Origin: Naegleria gruberi
Lineage: Eukaryota
DNA length: 64,000 nucleotides
NCBI GenBank assembly: GCA_000004985.1
Contig: GG738900.1
Direction: 5' to 3' (one strand)
This document shows, piece by piece, positions 27,547 through 40,074 of the stretch (positions within the stretch are counted from its first letter, which is position 1; every line of letters starts with the position of its first letter). Position numbers and translations under genes: made by a program. The notes beneath the pieces were generated by a model. It was not told where the DNA came from and searched no databases. It saw only the letters and a list, made by a program, of their open reading frames with translations.

Positions 27547-30081
27547 ATGGTAGCTTCCATACATCCTGTAAACTCTGACGACCAAGATGACAACCCTCAC
27601 CAAGCAGTCAAATCAGAAACAGACTCAGTTTTATCCGATCACACCTCTTCCTTCAATGCTCAATCCATCAAATTCTGCCTAATCTTCCTAATTAGTGGAC
27701 TAGTTATCTTGAGTGTTCTCGTCCTCTCTGGCACATGGTTAGCAAGTTTTGCTCCAGCCATTACAAAATCATCCAATGCTGAAAGAGATTCCGAATTGAA
27801 ATCAATCATTAATTATATTGAAACAACTTTTAAAGAATTGGTCATGTCTTCGGTGAATATTAAACAGCAAATGGTTGGGGATGGGATTGATCCGTATGAT
27901 GAGAAGGTGACTCGACAAAAGACATTTAGTGGATATAAGGTTAGTATTTAATTGTAATCTTTTACAAAAATTGTAATATTGTAATATTTCCAAATATAGA
28001 GTGTTAAGAAAAATCATGATGGAATGATAATATCGAGCTATGTTGGTGATCCAAACAATTACTGTTTTGGAACAATCAATTGGGGCAATGGCTCTGCAAT
28101 CTTTAACATTACCAAAGTTGACCAAAAAATTTACTATTGCGACAATTGGGAAGAAACACTTTTTTGTAATTCAAGTTCAACTCCAGATGAGATTGCAGCT
28201 TCTTTTGATTTAAGTGTCATTATCGCTCAATGCAAGGACACGCCAACTGTCATTTCCTACACGCCAAGTTATGCTGACCCAGCCATGCCTCAATATGTCT
28301 TTATTTCATTGATTAATTGTGTGGCTAATCCAGTTACCAACAAATTTTGGTATTATTACGGAAATGATTTGACTACGGGTTCAATTTCTGAATTTTTACA
28401 AAAGAAAGTTGAAACTTTGGAAGGATCGAGAAGTTTCATTGTCGAAACTTCGTCTGATTATTTGATTGCAGTTGATAATTCAGTGTCTATTTCAAGATGG
28501 GGAAGTGATGGTGCATTGGTGAGAGAAACAGCTCTTACTGTATCAGATTCGTCTATTAATTCGATTACTGCCACTACACGAAACTTTCATCAAAAATGGA
28601 AAGATTTCAAATGCAATGAAATCGAAGTTTCAACCTCATCAACAGATTACATCTCTGTTTATAGACTATGTACAGATACAAACATTGATTGGATCATTGT
28701 CTTGTCCATTCCTCAATGGAAATACATTGGATCAACAATCATTGCTGTCATCACTTCCTTAATTGGAAGTTTACTAATCGTAACTATTGGAATCGTATTG
28801 GGAATTGTTGTGTCCATAAAGATTGTTAAGCCATTCAGAAATTTGATGGATCTATTCGAAAGTGTGGCCAATATGGATTTGGATAACATTGAAGTGATTC
28901 CAAGTTATTTCTCCGAAGTTAAATCTTTGCAGAAACATTTCGTCAACATGGTCAAACAGATTAAACTCTATCGATCTTTCATTCCTGCTCATATATTGTC
29001 AGAATTGGATTCAGGTAATGAGGAGGAGAAAGTTGGAGGAGTTAAAGCTGCTTCAGGAAAGGTGGAGGAAAGTATGAGATCTAGCTCTGAACGAAACTCG
29101 ATGGAAAGTGGAAATTCGAAAGAATCAAGGATGGGTGCTCATTCATCAAAGCACTCATCGAATCAATCGTCAAGAAAGAGATATTCGAAAGATATTAATC
29201 GATTTGCTCTTTATTTGGAAAAGAGAACTTTTACTGTTATTCAATTAAGGATAAAAGGCCTTAACGAATTGTTGGGAAATACAGAATACGAAAATGTTAC
29301 CAAGATTCTAAGTGAAATATTCGAAACTATTACTGTGAGCAGTAAGCTATATGGTGTTCATGTTTCTGGTTTGGAAAATGACAATATTTACATTTCCATT
29401 AACGCTTCATCCAATCAGACGAATCATGAAGAGAAGGCAGCTACTCTTTCTCGAGCCTTAGAAGAAAGATTACTCAAACTCAAGTATTCGAAATGGAAAA
29501 ATTTGGAAAGTTTCAAGAAGAAACCATTCTTACTGGAAGATTTGACCTTTCGAATGGCCATCCACTCTGTTCAAAGTCACGTTGGTAATATTGGAACGAA
29601 TGACAGTAAGGCCTTCACCATACTTGGAAGTGGCAAGACCAATCTATCCGAAATGATTGAACTTGCCGATTCTCTTGACATTTCAATTGTTTGTTCTGAC
29701 AAAATCAAGGAAAAGATTGACGTTTCATTCCAGACAAGATTTTTGGATTTCCAACAATTTCTCAATGATTCACTCGTCATGTCAAGCTCAGCCACTAATA
29801 GAAATAGTAACAATGATGAGATGGTTAATTGTATGACGAGAGGTTCTGTGCACGAGTTGGGAGTTTCCAATCATGTTCAAGATGATGAATGGTTATACGA
29901 ATTGCAAGAGAAGGAGAAGAAACAAAAGTGGACACTGTATAATCAGGGAGTTGAGCATTTCTTGGAAGGAGATTTCGAATTGGCTTTGGAAAAGTTTAGT
30001 CAACATGCGATGAAAGATCCTACAGATAAGGCAGCAATTCGAATGGTGGAAAAGTGCAAGGACGTTGGAAATAATTTCTAA
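27547..30081 (+). CDS. Receptor-like membrane protein with a degenerate adenylyl/guanylyl-cyclase homology domain, 2 exons: join(27547..27939, 28000..30081), ~824 aa
   Basis: N-terminal TM, a Cys-containing ectodomain, a second TM (IIAVITSLIGSLLIVTIGIVLGIVV), then a cyclase-like core. The second half, FRMAIHSVQSHVGNIGTNDSKAFTILGSGKTNLSEMIELA, aligns to (L/M)RIGIHSGxVxAGVVG…GDTVNxASRMES with key residues substituted. Confidence 0.6.
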
Positions 30082-30108
30082 TAAACATTATTATGGTGAA
30101 TACGAAGA

Positions 30109-33100
30109 TTAAATAACCAATTTACTAAACTTGAGGAAGAGTGCTTGTGTTAATGTTCTGGTTTTTTCATTCTTGCTCATAATCATGCTACAGAAGGACA
30201 CGTGGAGGATCTTCCAATGTTTTAGGAATTGTTCATCCTTTAGTTCAGTATATCTTTCCAAGAGAATATCGACAAGATCGTTAAAAGTTGTGAAATAGTA
30301 ATCGGATGGAGATTTCACAATGAGAGAGGAGTATTGTTGGAAGATGGTATTAATGGTGGAAATGAATCCTTCCTCCTTCTCATTGATGGAATGATAAATG
30401 GTAAAGTAGGATTCGAATACAAGTGTCAAGGATTGAATTTCTACATCAATACTGCAGTTTGTAGATTTTTCAACATTGTAGGAATGATAATCAGTATAAC
30501 ATGAGGTGAGACTATCAATCAAATGTTGAACAATAGAGTCAATCTTGTTGTTTTTGAGTAGATAATCCTTGATAGATTTGACAGTCTTGATTACTTCACT
30601 TCTACACAAATTGCTATCTGAAATCTCTCCACATAATGAGTTTACATTTTCTGTTAAAAGATTCTTGATTATTTCACAAACATTCATCCAGCATTCCTCA
30701 GTAAAATTTTCTCCAAACAAGTCAATGAATAAGAGTAAATTTGAACAGCCAACTGTAACTAATTTCAAGCTCTTGAATTCTTTGCTTTCCTTTCTGAAAC
30801 AGGTTGGTAAAATTTCAAAAATGGATTTCAAAGCTGCACTATTATCAGAAAAGTAAGAAGTAAAAGCTGTTATCAATAACTTGATAGAGTCATCACCAAC
30901 TCTTTGTACCCAAACATTATTGGTATTATCATCCTTGAATTGGTCGAATATTGGTAATAAAACTCCTTTGAAAATTACATTCCAATTCTCTTTTGACAAT
31001 TTAGAAGGAAGGGCAGTTTCGAGGAGAGCTGCATGCAAAGCTTTAAATGCTTTAATTTGTACTTCCTCTCTATTATCATTAGAGACAACAGTTGCATAGC
31101 TTGAAAGAATTTGGTACCACTGTCCCAAGAAATCAACCTCCTCCATCTTCTCGCTAGATTTCTGAATGAGTTCAATAGCTTCTACAGACAACTTGCAGGT
31201 TACTTCACTGGCAAATTGACTGAGGCAATTGATCAAGTTACTGAATGCATTATTCTTTTGAACATTTTCAAAATGTTCACCTTCTTGCACAATACAACGA
31301 AGGACATTGAAAGCTTCATTTTCAGTGGCTGCAAAGCCAGCTGTCATGGAGAGCATGCCGAACAATTCCTTCCAACCTGGTTTGATAAATGAAGATCTGA
31401 CAAGCACAATTTGATGAACGGATTGAGTGACTAATTTTCTAACTTCCTTATCCAAACAAGTTTGATAGATACGAGTGAATGGTTGCAAGAATTGTTGTTG
31501 GTAATCAATGATGGACTCTTGTTCTAAAAGTTTCATGCACAACTTGCACAATGAGTCAATACAATAAAGAGCAAGGGTGGTATTCTTGGAGCTGGCAATT
31601 TGTGAAATGAATGGACAAATATGACTCTCCCACAAGGTATCCAAAATGGTATTGATACGGTGCATGTTCAAATACAAGCTCTCAATAACTTTCTTCAAGT
31701 AAAAGATGAGATTGGTACTCTTCTTCTTACACAATCCTTCAATGTAGAAGGTAAGAGATTCCTCACTCAATTTTTCACAATTAAACACAATTCTATCGAC
31801 AATGTCAGGATCTATGGCTTTGAGCATTGGGGTTTTATCGACAGTATCAAAAATGTGCAATCTATCAATTTCTGCAATAATGTCAATGATATCACTCCAG
31901 GCATCTTTGATATTGTTTCCTTCTGTCTCTGCCAATTCTAACAAGAGTTTCAATGCTTCGACATGTCTTGCCCGTAATTGACTCTTGAGTCCAGTGCATT
32001 CAGTAAGACATCCAATCAATGCCTTTCTCAGTGGTGAATCAACATTGAAGGAGCATTTGGTGGCGTTGAGCAAAATCTTTAAAACAAGCTCATGCATCTC
32101 ACCACTCAACTTTTCATTATCGAAAACAGACTTGACCAAATTGATGATGGTTGAACTGAAGGATTCCAACATTAAGCTAATAATTGTATTATGTCCAAAA
32201 TCTTCTTCAATGATGAATGGTTCTGATGTGTACTTTTTCATGGACTTTATAATTCCTTGCTCTACAGCATCAATTTCAGCATCTGCCTCATCAAATATGG
32301 CCAAAGTATCTTCACTTAATTTGATTTCATTATCTTGCAAGTTTTTGTAAACTCTTTCCTGATATTCTCTGCTAATGCAACTAGCATCAGTGAGACTATT
32401 TCTCTCAACGAACGACTCTACAGTAGAATTACAAAGGGCCTTCATGGCAGCATTGTGTATTTCTGTATTGAGCATGACTACAGAAATGGTAAACACAAAG
32501 CAAGCTGATGGATTTTTAAATTCAGTTTCCAGCAAATCTGGGTTATCATTCTGATACTTTTCAGCAAAACATTCAATTACTCTGTTAATTTCTTGACTTT
32601 CCTTTGGAAGCATGAATAGATCAAGAGTTTTTCTGAGAGCCTTTTCAAATAAAATTCCAGAAAATGATTGCATATCAATGTACTTTTTCAAAACACCAAA
32701 ATTCTTTGGAGAAGCAAAATATTCACCAACTTTGTGTTTAGAAAATCCTGGTATAGTATTGAACAATGTTGCAAGTTCCAATTCATATTGAGTGATATCC
32801 AATGACTTGTCTGGTAGGCGCCCAATCTGGTGGAAATATTCCAATCCCTTCTTGAGATTTTCATTGAATAATTCAACACCCCTTTTGAGCTTTTTTCTTT
32901 CTGTAAGTGTTGTGTTTGGTTTGATGTTTTCTTTTTCTTTAACATTAACCAAAGAGCCAAGCATGGAATTGAAAATGGTCAAGGCAGATTTTTTGATAGC
33001 CATAGTTTGATTGACATCGTTTTGAATGGTATATTCTTGAACCATCCAAACAAGGGCATTCATTAATCTTTCCAAAATATTTCTCTTTTCAACCTTACAA

Positions 33101-34517
33101 TCAAAATTTACATATAATCTCATAATCAATTCGCCATTTGAGGTAATATTCTTCAAGAATGAAAGTACAAGATTCTTGAATGTTGGACTGAGGGTCTTAC
33201 TCTTGATCATTCTAATCAAATTGAAGAAGAGAATGTAAATTTCATATTGCATTTCTGCGAGGAAATTTTCCATTAATAATTGATAGAGACCCAATGCTGA
33301 AAGTACTATTTGAGTAGATTTACAATGCACCAAGTTAATTAATAATGTTTGGCAAACAATGGATTTGACTTGTTCAAAAACTCTTTGATGAGAGAGTAAC
33401 TTTCTTCCACAATTCTTAAAGACATCTGTTAATAAGTCAATATAGGTCAATTTTGCCTTTTCATCAAATGGGCTATTCCATCATAAATTAAAGTATTAGA
33501 TTTGATATTATTGAAATAAAAAACTCACCCATTTGTAAAATCTTTAGAAACTGATGCAGAAAGATATTTAAAAACAAGAATGGCATCTCTTTGTTTTTGA
33601 GTAAGTTCAGTCAATTCCTTATGAGTGTGACGATCTTCATCCTTTACATCTGAACCAGTTTCATTGGCAAATTCCAAAAGCATTGCATCAACCAAATCAC
33701 TGATATGAGCAATTGGATTCTCAGCTCCTTCATCCATTCTATTAATCACCATATGAAGTACTTGTTTCAAAACAGAGAAGGTATTAGTTTCATTCTTTGA
33801 AACAAAGTGAACACTCAAACAAACTTTAACTCCAATCAACAAACTCTTTCCACTCAAATGACATGAACTAATTGCAGTAAGAATAGTTTTCAAAAATTGC
33901 AATTGCAAACTTTCATCCTGATTAGAAATATCAACACATTCAGAGAGAGTTCTCATCATGACATCGGTAATCAACAAGTTTTCATCAAATTTTGTATAAA
34001 AATTGATATAATTCTTTTCCATGAATTGTTGTAATAAATCCAAGGCAATCATGATAATATTTGCTTGTTTTGTTTTACAACTCAAATTCAATACTTTAAA
34101 GTACATGTTCGGATTTTGAATTAAATCTCGTTCTACTTCAAAGTTATTCTCACAAACTTTCAAATGTTCTATTAATTTTCAATATTCCATATTCATTGTT
34201 ATTGTTGATGATGGTAATGATGATTTGAAATTCCGTAATATATTAAATAAATGATTATTTAAATATAATATTATTAATCAATGAAGATATAATAAATACA
34301 AACCAACTACTAATACACAAGCATCCTTCAACTCGATCAATTTCCGATTATTACCAACAAATTGCAAAATATTCTCAAATGATTGACGAATCGTTCCCTG
34401 TGGAGAGGAAACAGAGTTTGGAGAGGACATTAAACCTGAAAGTCTATTACTACTACCTCCTAAGGAAGTGGGACTGTTGATGGTGTTGGACACCATTGCA
34501 CGAAAGCTGGTGAACAT
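30109..34517 (-). CDS. Large Sec7-domain ARF guanine-nucleotide exchange factor (BIG/GBF1-like), at least 3 exons (about 34517-34300, 34170-33525, 33471-30109), ~1400 aa
   Basis: Sec7 motif ...LDLFMLPKESQEINRVIECFAEKYQNDNP... and long helical DCB/HUS/HDS-like flanks. Exon 2 to 3 join is phase 2: ..TNG|GTGAGT … AATAG|C. The exon 1/2 junction is not resolved and coordinates are ±1 nt. Confidence 0.7.
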
Positions 34518-34754
34518 TTTTTAATTAAAGAATTTCTTCCTTTTGATTATTATTTGAAAATTATCTGTTACGATGATGCGAATAATGATGAGGATGCAAT
34601 CTCGGAGTTTTAATATTTCCTCTATGATGAAAAATCTTCATGACATGGAAAGTGCGTCATCAAATGAAATTGTAATAAAATTTTAAAAAAATATTACCGT
34701 TAAGCTTGTTGATGATTTGATTAAGATAAATAGAAAAATAATATTTTGAAGAAG

Positions 34755-36422
34755 ATGAAGGAACCTTTTGATGCGATTTTGCCAGAGTTGTGGGAAGAAA
34801 TTTATCACTTTCTAGATGATGACAATGGCTTGGAATGTGATTGTAGTAAATTTGAAAGGGTTTGTCTCTCATTCCGAGAGCTTTGTATTCGGATGGAGAA
34901 GAGAAAGATTAGAGAACAATTAGAGTTGGAATCTAAATATTTGAAACATCCTTTATTCTTGTCCTCATCATCTTCACAGGGTGTCAGAGAGGAAGATATT
35001 CAGTTGGTAGAGGAGAGAATGGGCCAGAAATTTCCTTTTCATTTACGAGAATTTATCAAGATTATTGATGGAAGACCTGCCCATTCACAAGATTTGACAA
35101 ATTTACATTATACAAATTCATTGAGACCATTCAAATCGTGGAGTCTTGGTCTTTTTGGAAAAGTAATTATTGGTGGAGTCTTCGATGATTATGAGCCAAC
35201 ACAAATTTACATAAATTTGGAACAGGGTTGGATGGCTATGGATATTTCAACCTATGGAACTACTGATACGATAGATGGAGGATGGAAGGGCTATTTGAAA
35301 ATGACTAGCAACATGTATGAATCCTATAATCCATTCGACATGGAAAAATTGAGTGAGAATTTTTCTGACCTAGTGAAAATCTCCAGATATCATAGCGATA
35401 TTCTTTCGTGCTTACCTGATAAATTCAAGAATGATTTGGAATTGATGAAAAAGCTTGTTGTTGCCAATCCTGAAGCATTTGGATATATGCCTGAGATTAT
35501 ACGTGATGATATTAATTTTATCAGAGAACTAATCATGAGGAGACCACGTATTTACAGAAGTGTGTCTGATCGTTTGAAAAAAGATAAGGAATTATTTGAT
35601 TTGGCATGTTCGTTGGATATTACCAATTTTTATCATGCGCATCACTCTTTAAAAGATAAAGAGCTGGCTTTGAAATATTGCAAACTCTCACGATATCTTA
35701 GCGCAAATGATTTTCCAGACGAGCTAGTTGATAGCGAATTAGTTCATTATTTCAAACATTTTTGGAATGTGCCAGAAGAATTGAGAACACCAGAGCTTGC
35801 CATCCATTTTCTCGAAAATAATTATGATGTTAAACAAGAAATTAAGGGAGATTCCAATCTACAGACTCCACAAGTTCTCGAAGCCATCTTTCGGCTATGT
35901 CCAGCATTTTTATTTAATTTGAAAAAGGAACACCTTTTCACATTTGATTCGAAGGAGGTAGCTTTGAAGCTATTCAATGGACACCAAATTGACGCTTTAA
36001 AGGCCTTTAATGTGCTTCCAGAACACTTGAAAAAAGATATAGATGTAATCAAGGCTGCTATTAAAAAGAGATTTAACATTTTCAAGATTTTGAGTGAGGA
36101 ATTGAAACAAGATAGGGATTTTATATTATACTGCTGGAAGGAATCAGAATCAACAAATTTCATCTTGGATTCAGACTTTTCTCCCTATAACCAAGATTTG
36201 GAGTTTTTGGAAATTGCTTGTAATAACACCCCTGGGTTAGTTTTCTCATTAGACAGAGAATTAGTAACTGAGGACTTTTTAAACTCATTACAACGTTATT
36301 TCTATAAGGGATCCCTTGTTGGTGATTTGCTGAATATGACAAGATTTGAACATTATCAAAATTATAAAGAGAAGGAACGAGATGGGTTCAATGAGAATAT
36401 ATATTACGGAGAAACCGATTAA
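34755..36422 (+). CDS. F-box-like / DUF4116-repeat protein (~555 aa)
   Basis: N-terminal PELWEEIYHFL F-box-like motif. C-terminal repeats of the form LKKDIDVIKAAIKKRFNIFKILSEELKQDRDFILYC are typical of DUF4116. Confidence 0.65.
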   Translation: MKEPFDAILPELWEEIYHFLDDDNGLECDCSKFERVCLSFRELCIRMEKRKIREQLELESKYLKHPLFLSSSSSQGVREEDIQLVEERMGQKFPFHLREFIKIIDGRPAHSQDLTNLHYTNSLRPFKSWSLGLFGKVIIGGVFDDYEPTQIYINLEQGWMAMDISTYGTTDTIDGGWKGYLKMTSNMYESYNPFDMEKLSENFSDLVKISRYHSDILSCLPDKFKNDLELMKKLVVANPEAFGYMPEIIRDDINFIRELIMRRPRIYRSVSDRLKKDKELFDLACSLDITNFYHAHHSLKDKELALKYCKLSRYLSANDFPDELVDSELVHYFKHFWNVPEELRTPELAIHFLENNYDVKQEIKGDSNLQTPQVLEAIFRLCPAFLFNLKKEHLFTFDSKEVALKLFNGHQIDALKAFNVLPEHLKKDIDVIKAAIKKRFNIFKILSEELKQDRDFILYCWKESESTNFILDSDFSPYNQDLEFLEIACNNTPGLVFSLDRELVTEDFLNSLQRYFYKGSLVGDLLNMTRFEHYQNYKEKERDGFNENIYYGETD

Positions 36423-36430
36423 TAAGTTAA

Positions 36431-37702
36431 TCAGTACCTGTCATAGGACCTTCGCTGATAAACAATTTCACCTGTTTTCTTGGTATATTTTATGGCATCA
36501 ATGTACGAAGAGGATGGTGCAATAATGTACAAGTACTTTAAATTATTTAAAACTTCACTTTCAGCAATTGCCTGTCTTCCTTCATATCCAAACAAATTAC
36601 AAGATACATCCAGATAGGTCAGATTTGTCATATTTTGACTTTTGGCAAGTGAATTGATACCTCGAAATCCTAAACAATTTACAGATAGGTCAAGAAATGT
36701 CAAATTTTTCACATAAGAGGAAGAACTCAACTCTATTAGGTCCTCTTCCTTCACTCCTGAAGAACTCAAATTCAAATAGGTCAAATTCTTCATTGAAGAG
36801 CTATTGGATATTGCTTTCAAAATTCTGGTTAGCATTGTTTTGTTGTTGGCAAAGTTCAAACTTGTTAATTTGGCCAAACATGCAACGAATTTTGCAACAT
36901 CACTGGAGAGATTAACATCAGTTGGATTAGTGCAATACATCCACTTTAAGGTGAGGTGAGTAAGATTTGTAAATCTGCTTAGTAATTTCAAAACTGGACC
37001 AGAAAATTCACTTCCAGAAAGATTTAACTTTCTCAAACTGTGATTCAAGGTTTCATTGGCTGCTATTAATTCAACATGCTGCAAACTAAAGCTATTCATT
37101 GATAAATCCAAACATGTCAATTGTGATTTACATTCCGATATTTGTTGAATGATGGAAGGTGAATGTAAATTGTTGCATCTCAAATGTAATTCCTTTAATT
37201 TTGTAAAATATTCCAACTCTAACATTTCAATATCATTGTCATTTAAGTTCAACACTCTAATCTTTTTTTCATGACCTTTCAGAAAAGATGTTGATCTAAT
37301 ATTTTGTGATTCCAAGTGCCATTCTTCCACATTCTCAAAAGCTCCACAGTTAAATAATGCAGCAACACCTTCAGAATTTAATCTCTCTTGGGAAGGTAGC
37401 TCCTGTCCATATAATTTTACAATTTTCAAATTTTCAAAAGGTTTTGTAATTTTTTGTAAAGCTACTCCAACTCTATTTGATGTATAACCACACACCAATG
37501 AATGTGATGATGATAAACATGTATTAAACCATCGTCTGCATTCCATCCACCGATCGATCATTAATCTGGAGCTAAACTTTAACTGTCTCACCTCTATGCA
37601 TTCATGCCAACATCTACAGACCGCTGTAAAGTGAATAATTTCATACTGATCACAAAATTCCATGATCAGATTGATGAGCTCTGCTGGGAGATGTTGTGCC
37701 AT
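36431..37702 (-). CDS. F-box / leucine-rich-repeat (RNI-like) protein, 423 aa
   Basis: N-terminus LPAELINLIMEFCD (F-box) followed by LxxLxLxxN LRRs (LNLSGS, LTYLNLSSSGV, LTFLDLSVNCLG). Confidence 0.7.
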   Translation of the reverse strand: MAQHLPAELINLIMEFCDQYEIIHFTAVCRCWHECIEVRQLKFSSRLMIDRWMECRRWFNTCLSSSHSLVCGYTSNRVGVALQKITKPFENLKIVKLYGQELPSQERLNSEGVAALFNCGAFENVEEWHLESQNIRSTSFLKGHEKKIRVLNLNDNDIEMLELEYFTKLKELHLRCNNLHSPSIIQQISECKSQLTCLDLSMNSFSLQHVELIAANETLNHSLRKLNLSGSEFSGPVLKLLSRFTNLTHLTLKWMYCTNPTDVNLSSDVAKFVACLAKLTSLNFANNKTMLTRILKAISNSSSMKNLTYLNLSSSGVKEEDLIELSSSSYVKNLTFLDLSVNCLGFRGINSLAKSQNMTNLTYLDVSCNLFGYEGRQAIAESEVLNNLKYLYIIAPSSSYIDAIKYTKKTGEIVYQRRSYDRY

Positions 37703-37761
37703 TTTTTTTTGTCTTCAAATTGAAGTGCAAGTTCCGAGTTTCATTTGTTTATTTTTCAACT

Positions 37762-39441
37762 TTACAATAGCAAACATGTGTTGGATTTGTTTGTTGGGGT
37801 ATTAGATTTTGTCAATATTTTGTCAATTTCTTTTGAACTGGAACTGGAATCTGAAACAACAAGCTTTACAATCTTGTAATCTCTATTTTCAAATTTGAGA
37901 AATTTCTGCACAGCAAGTTTTGTAAAATTATTGCCAGTAATGGAAAGTTGAATTTCTGTTGTGAATTTTGATTTATACTTTGCAGCAGTTGAGATAAATT
38001 CTGAAATTGCATAATCACCAATTTCACAATTATTTGCCAGTAATTCTGTTAATTGTTTCAACAATGGAAAATGAGAAAATCCATCACCAATTGGATTGTC
38101 TGAAATATGCAAAATTTTCACATGTGAAGAAAGTTGGCAAAACTCAATGACCGCTTGGGCATTGATATGATTCGCACAAATAGAGAGCCGATCCAAGGAT
38201 TCACAAGCAGAGAGGTATTTCAACCCGTTTCTAATATTATTACCATTCAAATTGAGAATTCTTAATTTACGTAAAGTTCCATAATTTTTCAAACCTTCCT
38301 CTCCAATTAAATTATACGAAAGAATTAACTGTTCAATATTGATATTAGATGATAGATAATTAGCACCAATATTGCCAATATTGTTACCATTCAAATCCAA
38401 GTATGTTAGATTGATGAGCTTGTTGAAATCCATTAAGAAACTATCACCAATTGAATTATTCGAAAGATTCAAGTATTTCAAAGTTGTAATTGAGCTCAAA
38501 TAACATCCACCATCGAAAATATCATTATCACTCAAAATTAAACTTGTCAGATTTTTCAAATTCCCCAGCCGATCCAACTCTCCTTTTATATTATTATGTC
38601 TAACAGACAAATATTCCAATTTTGGTAAATGTACATCAATTTCCTCAATTGAGCGACCATGTACACCATGTAATGTTAATCTCTTCAATGCACCAATTTT
38701 GAAGAGTTCCTTCAATCCCTGTTCAATCTCCACAGCACCACATTCCAATTCAATCAAAGATTCCAAATTTCCAAATAATTCCAAAACTGAATTTTCAATT
38801 TTTGTTTTTGAAGGGACAAGTCTTAAACTCTTCAAAGTTTTAGAAAATTTGCTATTCAATATTGAAATCCATGAATCAAAACTGAGGCCACCAATTACCA
38901 ATCTTTCCAATGGCCAATCAACATTAAAATTCAATTCACCTCGATAATCTCTAAAGGAAATGGTGAATGATTTGATTTTTGATTGACAGCATTTCATAAA
39001 TTCAACCACCTGAGTATATTCTAAACATTGTAGGTCAACAATTTCTAAAGTTTTCATATTAGAAAAGTAACTAATCAAAGATTTTTCAGAAAAATCTGCT
39101 AATATCAATTCTTTCAAGTTGGTCAATCTAGAAATAAATTGACTTTCTATTTCTAAATAATTAGGAGAAAGCTTTCTCTTGATTACATGTGGAATGTAGA
39201 ATAAACTCGTTATTTTATCTAGCTCTTCGGAATGATCATTTAATATTAATTCTAAACCTTTCGAATCTCCTGTATATTTGATCGGAAAGTGAAATGTTTT
39301 AATTGACTTGTAATTTAAATTCCAATATTTGCAAACTAATCTTGCCGTGTTCAATACCCATTTATATTCGAAATATGGAAGAATTTGATGAAAAATAACT
39401 TCGTTGGGAAGATGTGAAAGGCAAATAGTTTGGTCCTGCAT
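37762..39441 (-). CDS. F-box-like / leucine-rich-repeat protein, 559 aa
   Basis: N-terminus LPNEVIFHQILPYF followed by RNI-type LRRs (LNLSNNSIGD, LDLNGNNIGNIG, LNLNGNNIRNG, LHISDNPIGDG). Confidence 0.7.
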   Translation of the reverse strand: MQDQTICLSHLPNEVIFHQILPYFEYKWVLNTARLVCKYWNLNYKSIKTFHFPIKYTGDSKGLELILNDHSEELDKITSLFYIPHVIKRKLSPNYLEIESQFISRLTNLKELILADFSEKSLISYFSNMKTLEIVDLQCLEYTQVVEFMKCCQSKIKSFTISFRDYRGELNFNVDWPLERLVIGGLSFDSWISILNSKFSKTLKSLRLVPSKTKIENSVLELFGNLESLIELECGAVEIEQGLKELFKIGALKRLTLHGVHGRSIEEIDVHLPKLEYLSVRHNNIKGELDRLGNLKNLTSLILSDNDIFDGGCYLSSITTLKYLNLSNNSIGDSFLMDFNKLINLTYLDLNGNNIGNIGANYLSSNINIEQLILSYNLIGEEGLKNYGTLRKLRILNLNGNNIRNGLKYLSACESLDRLSICANHINAQAVIEFCQLSSHVKILHISDNPIGDGFSHFPLLKQLTELLANNCEIGDYAISEFISTAAKYKSKFTTEIQLSITGNNFTKLAVQKFLKFENRDYKIVKLVVSDSSSSSKEIDKILTKSNTPTNKSNTCLLL

Positions 39442-39621
39442 TTAGTTTCGTTTAAAATGTGAAGGAATTTTTTTAATATTGATATTTATTGAGATGGCTC
39501 GTGAGATAACCTTTTTTAAAATAAGGCCCTGATCATTGTAAGATTCCCATGTAATCCAATACATATATTGGCACAAATATCAAGGGAATTGAAAGAAATT
39601 TCACATTTTGCAATAGTTAAT

Positions 39622-39740
39622 GGCTACGGCCATATCACGATTCATGCACCTCATCCCGTCCGATTTGAGAAGTTAAGTATCGTCGAGCCACATCAGTACT
39701 GAGGTTGGAGACAACTTGGGAACCTGTGGTGCTGTAGTCT
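39622..39740 (+). rRNA. 5S ribosomal RNA gene (dispersed copy)
   Basis: GGCTACGGCCATATCACG…CATCCCGTCCGATTTGAGAAGTTAAGT…CAGTACTGAGGTTGGAGACAACTTGGGAACCTGTGGTGCTGTAGTC matches the universal 5S helices and loop C/E. It is very close to Dictyostelium 5S as recalled from memory. A T-run follows. Confidence 0.9.
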
Positions 39741-39744
39741 TTTT
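39740..39744 (+). terminator. Pol III terminator T-run after the 5S gene
   Basis: TTTTT immediately follows the 3' end of the 5S gene. Confidence 0.5.
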
Positions 39745-40000
39745 ATTTCACTTACCCAATGGAGGATTGTTATACAACCTCTTTATGGAGTCCCCTAGAG
39801 GATGCAATATTACTATTAACTCAATTTTTTGTAGGGTCCAGAGTTGTGCTTAATTGCACACTTTTGTTAGTTTCAATCTGACATTGCACTGTCCGTCAGA
39901 AATGGAGCTATCCCACTTCATTGAAAAGTGAAAAATTACAAGAGTCTCTTATTATTTCAATCCAGTAAGATTATTGTGAAATAATTGAATGAAAATGAAA

Positions 40001-40074
40001 GCAGCGATAGATCAGTTGGTTAGATCGTAAGCCTAACACGCTTAAGGTCGCGGGTTCAAGCCCCGCTCGCTGTA
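40001..40074 (+). tRNA. tRNA-Val (anticodon AAC)
   Basis: Cloverleaf folded by hand: acceptor GCAGCGA/TCGCTGT (G1-U72), D-arm GATC…GATC, anticodon stem TAAGC/GCTTA with loop CTAACAC, T-arm GCGGG-TTCAAGC-CCCGC, discriminator A. It is followed by TTTT at 40078. Confidence 0.9.

Noticed and set aside
33450-33530. Exact exon 2/3 boundary of the BIG ARF-GEF gene
   Set aside because: My hand-derived positions are 1 nt out of register with the track's ORF coordinates. The junction is therefore reported only approximately.
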